From Chrysomallon squamiferum (lineage: Eukaryota; Animalia; Mollusca): a stretch of 64,000 bases of DNA. The DNA lies in the NCBI GenBank assembly GCA_012295275.1, contig CM022668.1, positions 5,890,001 to 5,954,000 on the forward strand, written 5' to 3'. The notes beneath the pieces were generated by a model that was not told the origin of the DNA, did not search any database, and saw only the letters and a list, made by a program, of their open reading frames with translations. Below are positions 13,658 through 27,797 of the stretch, in pieces (within the stretch, counting starts at the first letter, position 1; each line of letters opens with the position of its first letter). A program made the position numbers and the translations under genes.

Positions 13658-14777
13658 TACTGGATGAATGAGTGAATGAGCGAGCGAGCGAAACCGGATG
13701 AATTGATATGTGAGTCAGTGATTGTAAGTGTGAGTTAGAGAGTGAAATTCAGTGCTCTGTGAGTGAGTATGAGTGTGAGTTAGCGAAATTCAGTGCTCTG
13801 TGAGTGAGTTAGTGAGTATGAGTGTGAGTTAGAGAGCGAAATTCAGTGCTCTGTGAGTGAGTTAGTGAGTATGAGTGTGAGTTAGAGAGTGAAATTCAGT
13901 GCTCTGTGAGTGAGTTAGTGAGTATGAGTGTGAGTTAGAGAGCGAAATTCAGTGCTCTGTGAGTGAGTTAGTGAGTATGAGTGTGAGTTAGAGAGCGAAA
14001 TTCAGTGCTCTGTGAGTGAGTTAGTGAGTATGAGTGTGAGTTAGAGAGTGAAATTCAGTGCTCTGTGAGTGAGTTAGTGAGTATGAGTGTGAGTTAGAGA
14101 GCGAAATTCAGTGCTCTGTGAGTGAGTTAGTGAGTATGAGTGTGAGTTAGAGAGCGAAATTCAGTGCTCTGTGAGTGAGTTAGTGAGTATGAGTGTGAGT
14201 TAGAGAGTGAAATTCAGTGCTCTGTGAGTATAGTTCCTGAATAACAGAATGTAAATATTATTTATGGTGAATTGTTCAGTAAAGTGAGTGAATGAACGGG
14301 ACTGGATTAGTGAACGAGTGAGATACGGGCGAGTGGGCGAGCCTGGGTGAATAATGAGAAGGTTATTGGACAATGAGTTAATGAACCCAGGTGAGTAGTG
14401 GAAGGGTGACTGGACTATATTGTCACCTCTAGCTAATTCCTGTTACTGAACTTAATTTAAGTTTTACTTAGGTTTAGAAACGTAGCAGTTAGATTAGTGA
14501 ATAGATTAATAGGACTTTAATTGTAGCTTGCTGTTGGTGGTGAATAAAAAAAGATGAATAGATGAATAATTTTCAGATTTAAGTGAATACAGATACTGAT
14601 TAATCAAGTTAATCTGTGATTACATATAAGTTATAAATGTGGATAAGGAAGGAAGGAAGAGAGAATGAAGGAATGGACGAATTAATATTCTAGACATGTT
14701 TGTTTATGAATGAATGAAAGAACAGATGAATGAATGAATAAATGATCATCATCATCATTATTATTATTATTATTATT

Positions 14778-14820
<43 letters not shown>

Positions 14821-15308
14821 GTTTGTCTCTGTTCATTCATTCATTAATTCATTCATTCATTTTATTTTTTTTTTATTTTATTCTATTTCAGCTGTCTATC
14901 TCGCGCTCATTCTTATCGTGGGTGCAAGCACGACTTTCCTGTCTGTGATCAATCTGTACATCTACCACCAAAGTCCTCACCGGGAAGTACCCATCTCCGT
15001 CAAACGTTTCACTATTAACTTTCTGCAAGGCTACCGGATGGAGAAAGCTCGACCCATCCCCCCACAGATCCCCCAAAAATCAAGTCCTGCCCGTTTACGC
15101 AGAGAACAATCACAACAAGGAACCGAAAAACGGGAACAGACTGAAGACCATCAAAGTCGCGACGAATGACTGCGGTGCTTTTTATTCTTGGGTGGAAATT
15201 GCCATGATGCTTGACGTGTTGTACTTCCGTTTGTTTTCTTCGTTGTTGCTAGTAATTACTTTGACATTTTTGATATGTTTGCCTGTTGGAGGTAAGTATA
15301 GTATGTAG
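6079..15308 (+). CDS. nAChR-like Cys-loop subunit, gene B; join(6079..6121,8061..8218,8504..8548,10372..10475,12185..12407,13179..13488,14892..15308). 2-nt frameshift near 15023 (433 aa if corrected; 386 aa ending at 15169 as written)
   Basis: Signal peptide [21 protein letters not shown], 45-nt loop D exon [23 protein letters not shown]...[11 protein letters not shown], Cys-loop, GEK-M2, M3. M4 lies in the shifted frame. All six introns are GT-AG with matching phases. Confidence 0.9.
8061..8218 (+). CDS. gene B exon 2, N-terminal helix and YDRKVRP
   Basis: ttaaacag|AA ATG...GAG CTG|gtaagt. Confidence 0.9.
8504..8548 (+). CDS. gene B exon 3 (45 nt, loop D; not in ORF track)
   Basis: cgtacag|AAC ATA AAA GGA CAA CAT TTA AGC ACG TCT GGC TGG CTG ACA CTT|gtaagt; matches the short loop D exon typical of nAChR genes. 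Confidence 0.88.
10372..10475 (+). CDS. gene B exon 4 (loop A)
   Basis: attgcag|AAG TGG AAA GAT...GAC AAC TC|gtaagt; KWKDSRLQW...[11 protein letters not shown]. Confidence 0.9.
10739..10962. mobile_element. Tc1/mariner-type MITE (224 bp) in gene B intron 4
   Basis: Left end CAGGGGGTGCAAAAGTAGGTATACAG; reverse complement of right end CAGGGGTGTGCAAAAATAGGTGTATAG; TA on both flanks; no ORF. Confidence 0.75.
11666..11778 (+). repeat. interstitial telomeric (TTAGGG)n tract, ~18 units with a few variants
   Basis: Read directly: ttagggttaggg... in gene B intron 4. Confidence 0.9.
12185..12407 (+). CDS. gene B exon 5 (Cys-loop)
   Basis: aatatag|A GTA CAG...TTG ATG|gtaagt; 223 nt, paralogous to 596..818. 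Confidence 0.92.
13179..13488 (+). CDS. gene B exon 6 (loop C, M1, M2)
   Basis: taacacag|GAC TAC...CTT G|gtgagt; 310 nt, paralogous to 1477..1786. Confidence 0.92.
13737..14229. repeat. 53-bp minisatellite, ~10 copies, gene B intron 6
   Basis: Unit GAGAG(C/T)GAAATTCAGTGCTCTGTGAGTGAGTTAGTGAGTATGAGTGTGAGTTA; anchor AAATTCAGTGCTC recurs every 53 nt from 13786 to 14210. Confidence 0.92.
14892..15308 (+). CDS. gene B exon 7 (M3, loop, M4) with frameshift at ~15023
   Basis: atttcag|CT GTC TAT... Homology to gene A continues in another frame after INFL (CKATGWRKL...[19 protein letters not shown]...LPVGGKYSM*). Confidence 0.85.
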
Positions 15309-15476
15309 AAATCGTCTAGTGTGTAAATTTTGTAATTAAATAAATTAAATATGTGTTTGTTTTGGTTTCGGGCTTTGTAAATGGTGTGCAATAGATCGAA
15401 AGTCTGACATCGTTCCTATCCCAGATTTTCGGACCAGTTGTTTAGACTAACTTACTTCGCATTTTGTAAAATATTC

Positions 15477-15532
<56 letters not shown>

Positions 15533-16732
15533 GTGTACACAATACGTATGTTTTAAATAGATTGAATTTAAAGGCAGATATGAATAAATCAATAGTTTAT
15601 AATCTACGTCTTTTCAAACGAAAATTGCATAAGCTATGATTTCTTATTTCTGTATAAGCACAAGATAAACAAAATAAATAAATAAATAAATAAATAAATA
15701 AATTAAAAACAAATGCTTAAAATAATGTTGAACCTTCACGGACCTCGGTTTTCCGGATTTCTGAAAATACGAAATTTTGAAAAATATATATTTTTTTTAA
15801 CCTTATCGCCATTTCTTGAAGCGTTACCTCTTAATTTATCGTGAGTCCCCACTGTCTGATTATGGCAACCTTCTCCCAACCCAGTTTCCATGAAGTAAGA
15901 GGAAATTTTACATTGCATTAATTAACCTAACAAACCCCACCTAACCTAGCCTACATTTTTTTTTTACTGTACATTTTTCTTTATATATAAAATTTATGAC
16001 ATTGGTTTAAGTTGTTTGTATTTATGCCTATTGTTCTTACATTATTATATTACTATATTATACAGATGTTATGTGTACTAAAGTTTAATGTTTCCTATCG
16101 CGATTTCCCAGATTTCTGCTATATCCGAAAAGGATTTCCCTCTTGTTATCAAGTCCGTAAAATCGAGGATCAACAGCAGACATAATACTCTATTATTTTA
16201 TTCCTCTTTGGCCTTATTCTCCCAGTTATCGAAGTGCTGGATGAAGGCCAGTAATTCTTTATGATTAACAGTAATTAGGTATTTCGCTACTTACCTCCCT
16301 TGAGTAAAAACCCATTAAAAAGCTATGTTGATTTTGTTTAATGAATACTTCATACCAAATGGAAAAAAATAAAAATAATAACAATAAAAAGTGATGATGA
16401 TAATAATAATAATAATAATAACAATAATAATAATAATAAATTGGCAATGAAAATAGTTTCATTTTCAATCTGTCAATGGCCTTTTGTATTTAAGATGATT
16501 GTTGTTATATTAGCAGTTTGTAAAAAATTGTACACATTATTATTATAATGATCATTATTATTATAATTAATTTTATCATCATCACCATTATCATTATTAT
16601 TATTACCATTTTGTTACATCTTATTATTAATGTAATTATTATCATCATTGTTATCCATAATCATCATCAATATCATCATTTTCATTAACATTATCATTGT
16701 TATGATTTTTATTATCATTATAATCATCATCA

Positions 16733-16767
<35 letters not shown>

Positions 16768-17935
16768 CTATTATTATTATCATCATCATCATCTCATCTT
16801 TAATCATGGGTTTAGAAGTTAAATGTTTTGTGTGGTTTTGTATCTGTTTATTCTTTGACTAACAGTTTGTGAAATGAAAAGTAATTGATGTTTAATATGA
16901 AAAGTTTGTTTTGTAAATTTGTATACATACATAGAGTCAAAGAGAGAGATGTTTTACAAATATACAGTGTTTGTTTTATTTCTCTTTTTCATTGGTCTTT
17001 CTCTTTTTATTTTTATTTTCAATTATTTTCTTTATTTTATTTTTTATTTTATTTTATTTTATTTTGTTTTATTATCTATTTACCTTTTGTTTCTTTCAGT
17101 TATACTGTTGTTGTCATTCTTTATTCCCATTTATTTTTTCATATATTTTTTCATCTTTCGTTTATTTGTATTATTATATTTTATTATTATTACTTTTTTC
17201 TTTTTTACTGTTTTAATTTTTACTTTTCTTCATATTTTATTTCCTTTTTAATTCTTTTTTCTTCTTTCTATTTCTCTTATTTCTTCCTACACATGCACAC
17301 ACACACACATACAAATCTTTATTTTATAGATTTTTTTTTTTTTTCTTTCTTGTTTCATTTCCACTTTTCAGTTTACTATTTCTTCCATTTCTCACATTCT
17401 CACTTTTATCATTTTTCTTTCCCATGACATGCTTGGGAATGAATAATTTTGTAAACAAGAAATCAAAAAGAAATAATGAAAAAAAAAAGAATACCCATTT
17501 CTGTGTATGATTTCAAAAAAAAATCTCTTCTAAGCTATTTATCTGGAATTTGACCTGTCAGGTCACTGTTTGCTCACCTACATGATAAATAAACCAAATT
17601 CAACAACATAATTCTTTGTAGACATTTTGTTAAGTAAAATTAATTATTTCTTTCATTCCAGTCCATAAAAATCCCCCACACATGATACCAAGCAGTTGAA
17701 AATGTTTACAGAAGACAAAAATAAATAAATTAAAAAAAGAACGTGCAGAAATTCCTTATTCACTTGTCTACAATGTATAAAAATAGGAAGTATTTACATA
17801 AATAAAATATATTAAACCCAATACCATGTGAAAATGAAAAATTCAATGCAGAACATTTTCTTTCAACATGCAGGTGTGGAAGAAGTGAAAACAACAAATA
17901 TATATGTACATTCATGCAGAAAAAATTAAATAACA

Positions 17936-18065
17936 CATACATACATACATACATACATACATACATACATACATACATACATACATACATACATACATAC
18001 ATACATACATTCATACATACATACATACATACATACATACATACATACATTCATACATACATACA

Positions 18066-18099
<34 letters not shown>

Positions 18100-18133
18100 C
18101 ATTCATTCATACATACATACATACATACATACA

Positions 18134-18165
<32 letters not shown>

Positions 18166-18247
18166 CATACATACATATACACACATACACACACATACAC
18201 ACACACACATACATACATACATATATATACATACATATATACATATA

Positions 18248-18278
<31 letters not shown>

Positions 18279-18325
18279 TCATACATACATACATACATAC
18301 ATACATACATACATTCATTCATACA

Positions 18326-18357
<32 letters not shown>

Positions 18358-18373
18358 CATACATACATTAATA

Positions 18374-18405
<32 letters not shown>

Positions 18406-18550
18406 CATACATACATACATACATTCATTCATATATATACATACATACATATACATACATACATACATATATATACATACATACATACATATATATAATA
18501 TATATATATACATACATACACACACATACATATATACATACATACATACA
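17936..18550. repeat. long degenerate (CATA)n microsatellite
   Basis: Read directly; explains the YIHT/MYVC ORFs. Confidence 0.95.
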
Positions 18551-19465
18551 TGCTCATCCATATATATATATAAATAAATATATGCACACACACATATCTG
18601 GACTCATGCTAAAAATACATATAAATACATACACAAACACACACATGTGCACATGCATTCACACACACCTTCATTCCTATATATATACTACATGCAGTGA
18701 CACACACTTGCACAAATCTATATGCTCATAAATGCCATACATACATAGTGACCTTTAACCTTTAACCTTTCCGAGCCATGCTCCACTGAGTGAGAACAGA
18801 AAGGAGAGAATAATTCCATCGAAGTTTCTTTATTGTTGTTATCTTACAAGTCATATATTTGAATCCCCGTAACTGTCAATTTAAAAACGTTTCTTTGCTC
18901 AAATCAGTTTTTATTCATGTTCTGTGTATTGATACAGTCCTACAGAGCCAATCCTGCTTTTTTTACTTACTTATTTTACTGCTGTGATTCATTTTAGAGA
19001 TGGTGACTTTACCCAGGCTATATCTTCCCATGTTTGCTATTTTTTTATTTATTCTTTCATTTTATTTATTTATTTTTTTTATTTAATTTTTATTTTTTTT
19101 CTTATTTATTTAATTTATTTAATTTTTTTTTCTGTTTGTTTATTTATTTAGGTTTTATTTATTTAGTTTTTACTTCTGGATTTATTTAATTTTTGTTTTT
19201 TGTTTATTTATTTATTTATTTAATTTTTAATTATTTATTTCTTTCTTTGTGTATTTATTTATTTATATATTTTTATTTTTTCAATTAATCTAAAAGGTTA
19301 TATATGCACCTTACTAAAAATAAAAGTCGATATGCACCTTTCTTTATTTTTTGTGAGATACCAAACCTGCCTTCATCAATATCCACAATAAATCAACAAA
19401 CCGTTTTTTGTTTTGTTTTCTGTTGAGCCAGCTTTCATTAAAGCATTTTCTTTTTTACTTTCCAT

Positions 19466-19500
<35 letters not shown>

Positions 19501-20214
19501 TCTGTAATAATCATAATAACAATAATAATAATAATTTTTATTATTAATATTATTATTATTATTATTATTTTTATGTTTTTATTTACATTTATATTTATTT
19601 ATTCATTCTTTCATTCATTCATTCATTCATTCATTCATTCATTCATTCATTCATTCATTCATTTTTATTATTTTCTCTTTTTTTTTATTTATTATTTTAT
19701 TTTATTTTTATTATTTTTGCTATTTTTATTTTGTGTTATATCTTTCTGTACTTTTTTTTAATTTTTTTTTTTTTTTTATCTTATTTCTTTCTTTTTTTTT
19801 TTTTTTTTTGACATTTTATTGACTACGCTTTCTAAACGGGTCATTGAACACAAATGTTTGTCTGTTCATACTTTATCGCGCTGCATTAAAATCTCACGGA
19901 TTATTTGCCTGCACCCTGGTCTTTATAATCGTTTGAATAAACCCTTTTTAATGTGTGTGTGTGTGTGTGTGTGTGTGAGTGTTTTTCTAAAACGTCTTTC
20001 AAAATCGCTGGTGTAAAAATAAATTAAGTTTCACGCCCATACTGACAATGTTGATTCCTGCACGTGGGTGGGTATATGGAGTTTTATTGTTGTCATCCAT
20101 TATGAAAATGTAACGATCGTTTGAGTTAAATAAGGGCACACAGTGTAAACCTCTCAATATACACGTAAGCGAAAAAATATGAATAGAAATATAAAAAGGA
20201 ATATAAAAGGTTGA

Positions 20215-20246
<32 letters not shown>

Positions 20247-20379
20247 GGAATGGTGAACGTTTTTAGATAATAATGATGACGATGATGATGTTGAGATTTT
20301 TAATAAGAAGAACAGCAGAAGGATTGATGGAGAGAAAGATAAAACATGGGAGAAGGACTATAACAATATTTTTAAAGAA

Positions 20380-20438
<59 letters not shown>

Positions 20439-20538
20439 GAAAAATAGATTACCTAAACAAAGAAAAGAAATAAAAAAAAACAAGTGACTGAATTATAATT
20501 GTTATTTATTATTGTCAAGTATTTATTATTATTATTAC

Positions 20539-20598
<60 letters not shown>

Positions 20599-20654
20599 CA
20601 TCATCATCATCATTATTATTAAATTTAGTGTCGATACAACGGATAAATTATATT

Positions 20655-20733
<79 letters not shown>

Positions 20734-21557
20734 ATGTCCTAATGCGTTCTATATAATCTAATAAATTCCTTTTCTAAAAACAAATAAAGATATATAAATT
20801 TCCGATATGCAGAACTAAATAAAAAAAATAAGAACCGATTTCATTTTGAATAATATTACAAATTTATTTATTATATAAAAATATATTTTAAAAATAAAAT
20901 TAATGATTTTATTCACATCTTTATAAAATATATACTGTACAGTTGACTAAGTGCATTTATTAAAGATGTAATATAATTTCCATATTACACATAATTACGT
21001 CATAAATAACTATGACGTCAAACGACATAAATTATTGCTTCTTTCCCAAGGTGCCAGCACCTGGTATGTAATAATTTGTATTATCTACATAATAAATATA
21101 TTTACATAACACTGGAATTTAATATATATATATATAAGAGGTTTGGCACGTACAGGACGTTCGTGATAACGTTGCGGTCACGTGGTTGTTTCTGGTCCAA
21201 AACGAGGCTTTAAAATATTCCTTTTCTATTTGATTTTTAATCCCAAATTTCAACACTTTTAATAAAATTTCATCAGAACTACAGTTTCAAAACAATTTTG
21301 TATAAAATGTTTCTCTTTGAATTGATGGACCAGAAATATATTACGTGAAGGGTTCATGTAAATTTGGTAATATACAAGTGAACGAAAAAACCCGAAATAT
21401 GTATTTTAATACCATTACTTAAATATCCCACAAAATATATTATTATGTAGATATATTTCAATATAGTTTGAAGAATTAAAACAATTTATTTAAAATAATT
21501 GAAAAACATTTATAATAAAACAAAATAATAACAGTGAAGTTAAAAGTAATTACAATA

Positions 21558-21629
<72 letters not shown>

Positions 21630-22712
21630 TTTGAGACATATATTTCCTATAAGTTAATTAATACAGAAACACTATGACGTATGATGAATAAATTATGCAA
21701 ATGCGTGATGTAATAATATTTGAGCAACTATTCTAAAAACAAAAACAACCCCTCCAAAAAAAAAAAAAAAAAAAAAGACCCCCCCAAAAAAACCTACCCT
21801 TCCCCAAAAATAAATAAGTAAATAAATAATTAAAATTATTATTGAGAATCACTGATATAAATCATATTTAGGTTTAAATTTGATAAAAAGGGTATTTTTA
21901 AATTAACAACAAATTGAAACCGAAGTATATTTAAGACGAATCAGAAATATAGAAAACAAATGACAAAAATATAATAATAAAAACTCTACTTTCGAGTATA
22001 TATATATATATCTTAAAACTAATTGATACGAAATCGTGCTTTGCTTTGCTTAGTAACAAAATAAAAATAAAATAATAATTAAAAATAGGTGACATAATTA
22101 CCATTACACCCACATCAAAAATAAAACGTTAAAACGTAGACAAATAAAAGTAGAACAGCCACAAGGTCATCTTTTGCAATTGTCTCTTCGTTACGTCATA
22201 AGCATTATGATGTCACTCAAATATTATTATGAAGTCATCAAAATCTTTCACTGGTTTAGAAAAAAGGTTCACAGAAGAGAATGTAATTTAATTCTTCTTT
22301 TTTTTGTTTGTTTGTTTGTTTTTATTGTTGTTGTTTTTGACACGTAGAAAAATCTGCAGATCTGGTGTCCAACTGTGACGAAAAATTTGAAAAAGTTAAC
22401 ATCTTTTTCAGTAACGAAATACGAAATATCTGTTTCCATGGTACCGGCAGAATTCTGTTACGATGCAATCATTCTGAAAAATAAGAAAGAATGATAAGTA
22501 TTTATTGAAACTATAGTTGTTATATTTAGAAACTAATGGATTATAATTAATATTTGCTGATAAACAACAAACAGACTTTATAATTTTGTTGACAATTAAC
22601 ATACATTAATAATGTATTTGTTACGACACTAATTAAGGGATACAAACACAAATGTAGTATAATAATAGTAGTAGTTGTTGTAGTAAAAGTAGTAGCAGTA
22701 GTAATAGTATAC

Positions 22713-22785
<73 letters not shown>

Positions 22786-22865
22786 TCTCACATAATCTCA
22801 TAATAGTCTACGTCACTCTAAAATTAATTAAGATATATATATTTCACTGCTTACATTTAATAACG

Positions 22866-22949
22866 CTAAGCATCCTGGGAAGAGTCATGTGATCTGTTGA
22901 AGCTAAAAATATCCAACGGAGCTGGAGAGATGAACGGTCTGTCGATATA
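22866..22949 (-). CDS. SEA/EGF gene exon 13, stop
   Basis: ttctgcag|TAT ATC GAC AGA CCG...GAT GCT TAG. Confidence 0.7.
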   Translation of the reverse strand, partial: YIDRPFISPAPLDIFSFNRSHDSSQDA

Positions 22950-24556
22950 CTGCAGAAAAAAAGAAACGCACCAATGAGAACATAATCTTCATAACCAACG
23001 TTTAGCGTCAAAACGCTCTTGTAAGATGTAAAGTTGAAAAAACAGAACGACAGACAGACAAAGATACAGACAGATAAATAGAAAGAAAGGCAGAACACGT
23101 AAACAGAGATACATATATAGATAAAGATAGGTAGGTAGGTAGGTAGGTACAGAGAGATAGAGAAAGAGAGACACACACACAAAAAGTAGACAGGCTTAAT
23201 TAGAAAAATAGATGTACAGAAAGAAAACGCAACAAAAAGACAGTTAGATAGGTAGATAGACGGAAAGAAAGAACGACTGTGTAAACTAGAGAAGGACAGA
23301 CACACTGTGAGACTAAGACGTGCACGGACATACTGAGCTGGTTTGTGTTAAACGTGTACTCACCACGGGCCTGATTCCGAGCGCTGACGACTGATTGCTG
23401 AAACCGTCCAGTGGTTGACTTTCATCTCCGAAATACGTGTAGTCCATGTTCCTAAAAATAGAAAACAGTATCGTCAGATATGACGTTGTTACCACTGTCT
23501 TACTGTGACGTCGAATAAAATCACTTTGGTCATCGACAAATTTAAAAAAAACTCAATAAGCGACATGCTGTTGTCAGGCATTGTTTTTTTTTTTTTTTTA
23601 TTGACGTCATCATCGTCATCATCTTCTTCAACATCAGTTTAATTTTATGTACTTTTGTAACTAGTTGTGAATTATGATTAGAATCATTCAAAGTTTAATT
23701 ACTGCCAGAATCACAATTTCTTTACAATCATCATAAACACTAATAAAAATAACCCTGATCTTTTTTTTAGCGATGTAGAAAAAAAAAACAACTAACAAAC
23801 AAACAAACAATAAATAAATAAATAAACAGAAAAGAAAAAAAAAAGACCAAAACAAGAAATAAAAAACAAATAATAATGAACAAACGAACGAACAAACAAA
23901 CAAACAGAATAAACAAACAAATAAAACAAACAAACAAACCATAAATAAATAAATAAATAAATAAACACAAAGAAAAACAAGATATAAAAAATAATAATAA
24001 TAAACAAACGAACGAACAAACAAACAGAATAAACAAACAATTAAAACAAACAAAGAGAATAAACAAACAAATAAAACAAACAAAGAGAATAAACAAACAA
24101 ATAAAACAAACAAAATAAACAATATGAATGTGTGTGTTTAAAACAAACAAACAGAATAAACAAATAAAACAAACAAGCAAAATAAACAATAATTATATGT
24201 GTGTTTAAAACAAACAGAATAAACAAGGAAACAAAACAAAACAAACAAACAAAACAAAGAAACAAAGAGCTGAACTCGAGTACTAACTTGTCGCTGGTAC
24301 GACGGCAGAACACCAGATACACACAGCAACTTGTCAACGCCGCAGCCACGAGGACCGCGCCCAGAGACACGCCCACGATTTCCGGTGTTGTGAGACCTTT
24401 CCGCGAGTCTGTCTTCTTCTCACAGAACACCCCAGTGTACGATTTGCCACACCTGAAACACACGAGCCACACCTAGTGAGTTCGAATCCAGTCACAAGAC
24501 TCGATATACAAGTCATGTAGAAAGTTGTTATTTTGGTTTAATTATTATTTTTGTTG

Positions 24557-24622
<66 letters not shown>

Positions 24623-26763
24623 GTTTTCGTTGTTGTTGTTGTTGTTGTCATTGATATTATTAATGTTGTTCTCGTTGTTTTGATATTAACATTTATCATG
24701 ACTTGGAGATATAGTAATAATAGTAGTAGTAGTAATAGTAGTAGTAGTAGTAGTAGTAGCAGTAGTTGTAAAACTAGTAATATTACTATTAGTAGAAGTA
24801 GTAATAGTAATCATATGAAGAGGAGGAGACAGACAGATATACACCAGACAGACAGACAGACAGACAAACAGACAAACAGACGGCCGGACAGAGAGAACGA
24901 CAAGCAGACGACACAGTAAAACAGTCTGTACTTACTGACAGAAGGGTTGAAACGACTTGTCTAACTGACACTCGCCGCCATTTTCACATTTGTTGACGAG
25001 ACCTGACGAGACACACTTGTGTTGACACTCTCCGAACATCGGGGTCGTCATCGTGCAGTTGTTGTAGCCGTCGGGACATGGGTTTTCAGCTTCACACGGG
25101 TTGGTGAGAATGCCCTGAACTGAAATAAGCGAAAGATAAACCACGTGAATTATTAGCTGTAGTTTTTTGTAAGTCACTTTAGTTAACTTTATAAATGTTG
25201 ATGTTTATTGATATTTATATATACATATACATTACAACCATATATATATATATATATGTGTGTGTATGCATGTATATGTCTTCACGACATAAATGCATCT
25301 GTAATGAAATATTTACAAATACATATGCACATATACACTGCACACATTAATTTAAGAAATCTTATAAATAGAAAGAATAGATATTATAGTTAATTTCTAA
25401 ATAACTTTAAAAACATGCGTATATACACAGTAACAACAACAATAATCAATAATAATAATAATAATAACAACAATAATAATAACAATAATAATTACAGTAA
25501 CAATAACAATAATAATAATAACAATAACAAAAATAATAATAATAACAATAATAATAATAACAATAATAATAATAATAATAATAACAATAATAATAATAAT
25601 AATAATAATAATAAAGCTCACGAGTTCCATTAAACAAATTTGGATTCAGTTTCCCAGCACTGTACACAGGATCCTTCTTCACCGTGATGTTGTTGACGTT
25701 GGGGATGCCGATGGTGACCATGCTCTTGATTAGATTTTGCAGTCTTTCTTCGTAATTCGTGGCGCCCATTAGAGACAGCCACAGATCATAATCAGCCCGA
25801 ATACGATTTTCAAAATTCCTTGAAAAACAAAGAAACGTAACTGTTAATAGCATTGTCAGTTCCGATGTTACAGTTGCTGTATCACAGTCGTATCTGTGAT
25901 ACTACTAGAGGTAACAGCAGTAATTACGTAGCGATGATAATAACTGTGATAGCAATATGATAATAGTAGAGGTAATAGTCGCAGTAATGTTAATAGTAGA
26001 AGTGATAATGATTATAGTAATAATAGTCGAAACAGTCATGATATAAATAACAAAGATAACGTAATAATAATTATATTCGTAATCGTCGTGATAGTACTAT
26101 AAGTAATTATCAAGATGAATTAATAATATTTGTAGTAGTAATAGTCATTGCTATGACTGTATTAGAAGTAATAATCAAGATGACAGAATAATAATTATAT
26201 TAGTAATATCGTAGTTATGGTAGTACTAGAACTAATAGTCATGATGACGTAGTGATGTTAGTAATAATGGAACTAGAAGAAATAGTTGTAACAGCAGCAT
26301 TAGTTGTAACAATAGTAACAGTCGTAATAATAATAAACTGATGACCATAATAGTAAAAATATTCTTCAAGTAGTAATATCAATAATACCAACAGTGTTCG
26401 AAGTTCTAGAAGAGAAAGAATATGAAGTAGCAGAAGTTGTTTTGTTTTAGTAGTCGTTGTAGTAATAGTTGTAGTAGTGGTAGTAGCAGCCAGTGTTGGC
26501 TGGCACATAATTTTTACTTACTTGTCAAGATAAACTTTCTTTACTTCTAACTTGTGAAATCCTGTCACATTTTCAAAAGCTTTCTCTAACTGAAAAGCAT
26601 CAATAAATCATTTTAGTCAACAACAACAGCAACAGCAACAGCAACTTTACTGTAAAAATATAGATATCAGAATATACAGAGAAGGCTGCAGCAGTAATTG
26701 TAATAAACGAATGAATGACGTACGAGAGAATAAATGATTAATAATAATAATAATAATAATAAT

Positions 26764-26811
<48 letters not shown>

Positions 26812-27409
26812 AATAATAATAATTACAATAATGAATTAACACATAAAACATTCACTTAAATTTATAATAAACACAAATAAATAAATAAATAATCAAATAA
26901 ACAAACAATCAAACAAACAAATAAATAAACAATTAAATAAAGAAATAAAGAAACAAACAAACAGACAGTCAATGAAATAGGTAAAAAAAAAAAAAAAAAA
27001 AAAACCAAAAAAACAAACAAACAAACAAACAAACAAAGAATTAATCAAACAAAGAATCAAAGAAATAAATAAATAATCTCACCTTCTTCTGGAACAGTCT
27101 GATGTACTCTTTCTGAACACTCTCTGGTAAAACGGTTCCGTTGTAGGGTGTTTGTAGCATCAAACTTAGTTTAATTTTATACTTCAGGTCTGTGAACAAT
27201 AACAATAACAATAACAATAACAACAATAACAACAACAACAACAACAATAATAATACTAATAACAATAACAATAATAACAACAACAGCAATAATAAAAATA
27301 ATAATAATAATAACAGCAACAACAACAATAATAATAATAATAACAATACAACAACAACAACAATAATAATAATAACAATAACAACAATAACAATAACAAC
27401 TACAACACC

Positions 27410-27441
<32 letters not shown>

Positions 27442-27478
27442 CAACAACAACAATAACAATAATAACAACAACAACAGC

Positions 27479-27525
<47 letters not shown>

Positions 27526-27707
27526 ACAGCTAACTATGGGAAATAAAGAAAAAGAAAAAAATGGTTTGTAAGTAAATAACACACTCACGCACGCACGCAC
27601 AAATGCACAAACAAAGATACGAACCTTCATTGGTGGCTGATGGACTATATGGAGAAGGCGTACCGACACCTGAAGATAATTAAATAAAAAATAAATTATA
27701 AATTAAC

Positions 27708-27797
<90 letters not shown>

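Noticed and set aside
13737-14229. CRISPR-like regular array
   Set aside because: Head-to-tail repeats with no unique spacers, inside a eukaryotic intron, and no cas genes.
17551-17565. Palindrome TGACCT-gtc-AGGTCA (nuclear-receptor half sites)
   Set aside because: A single short motif with no promoter context; could be chance.
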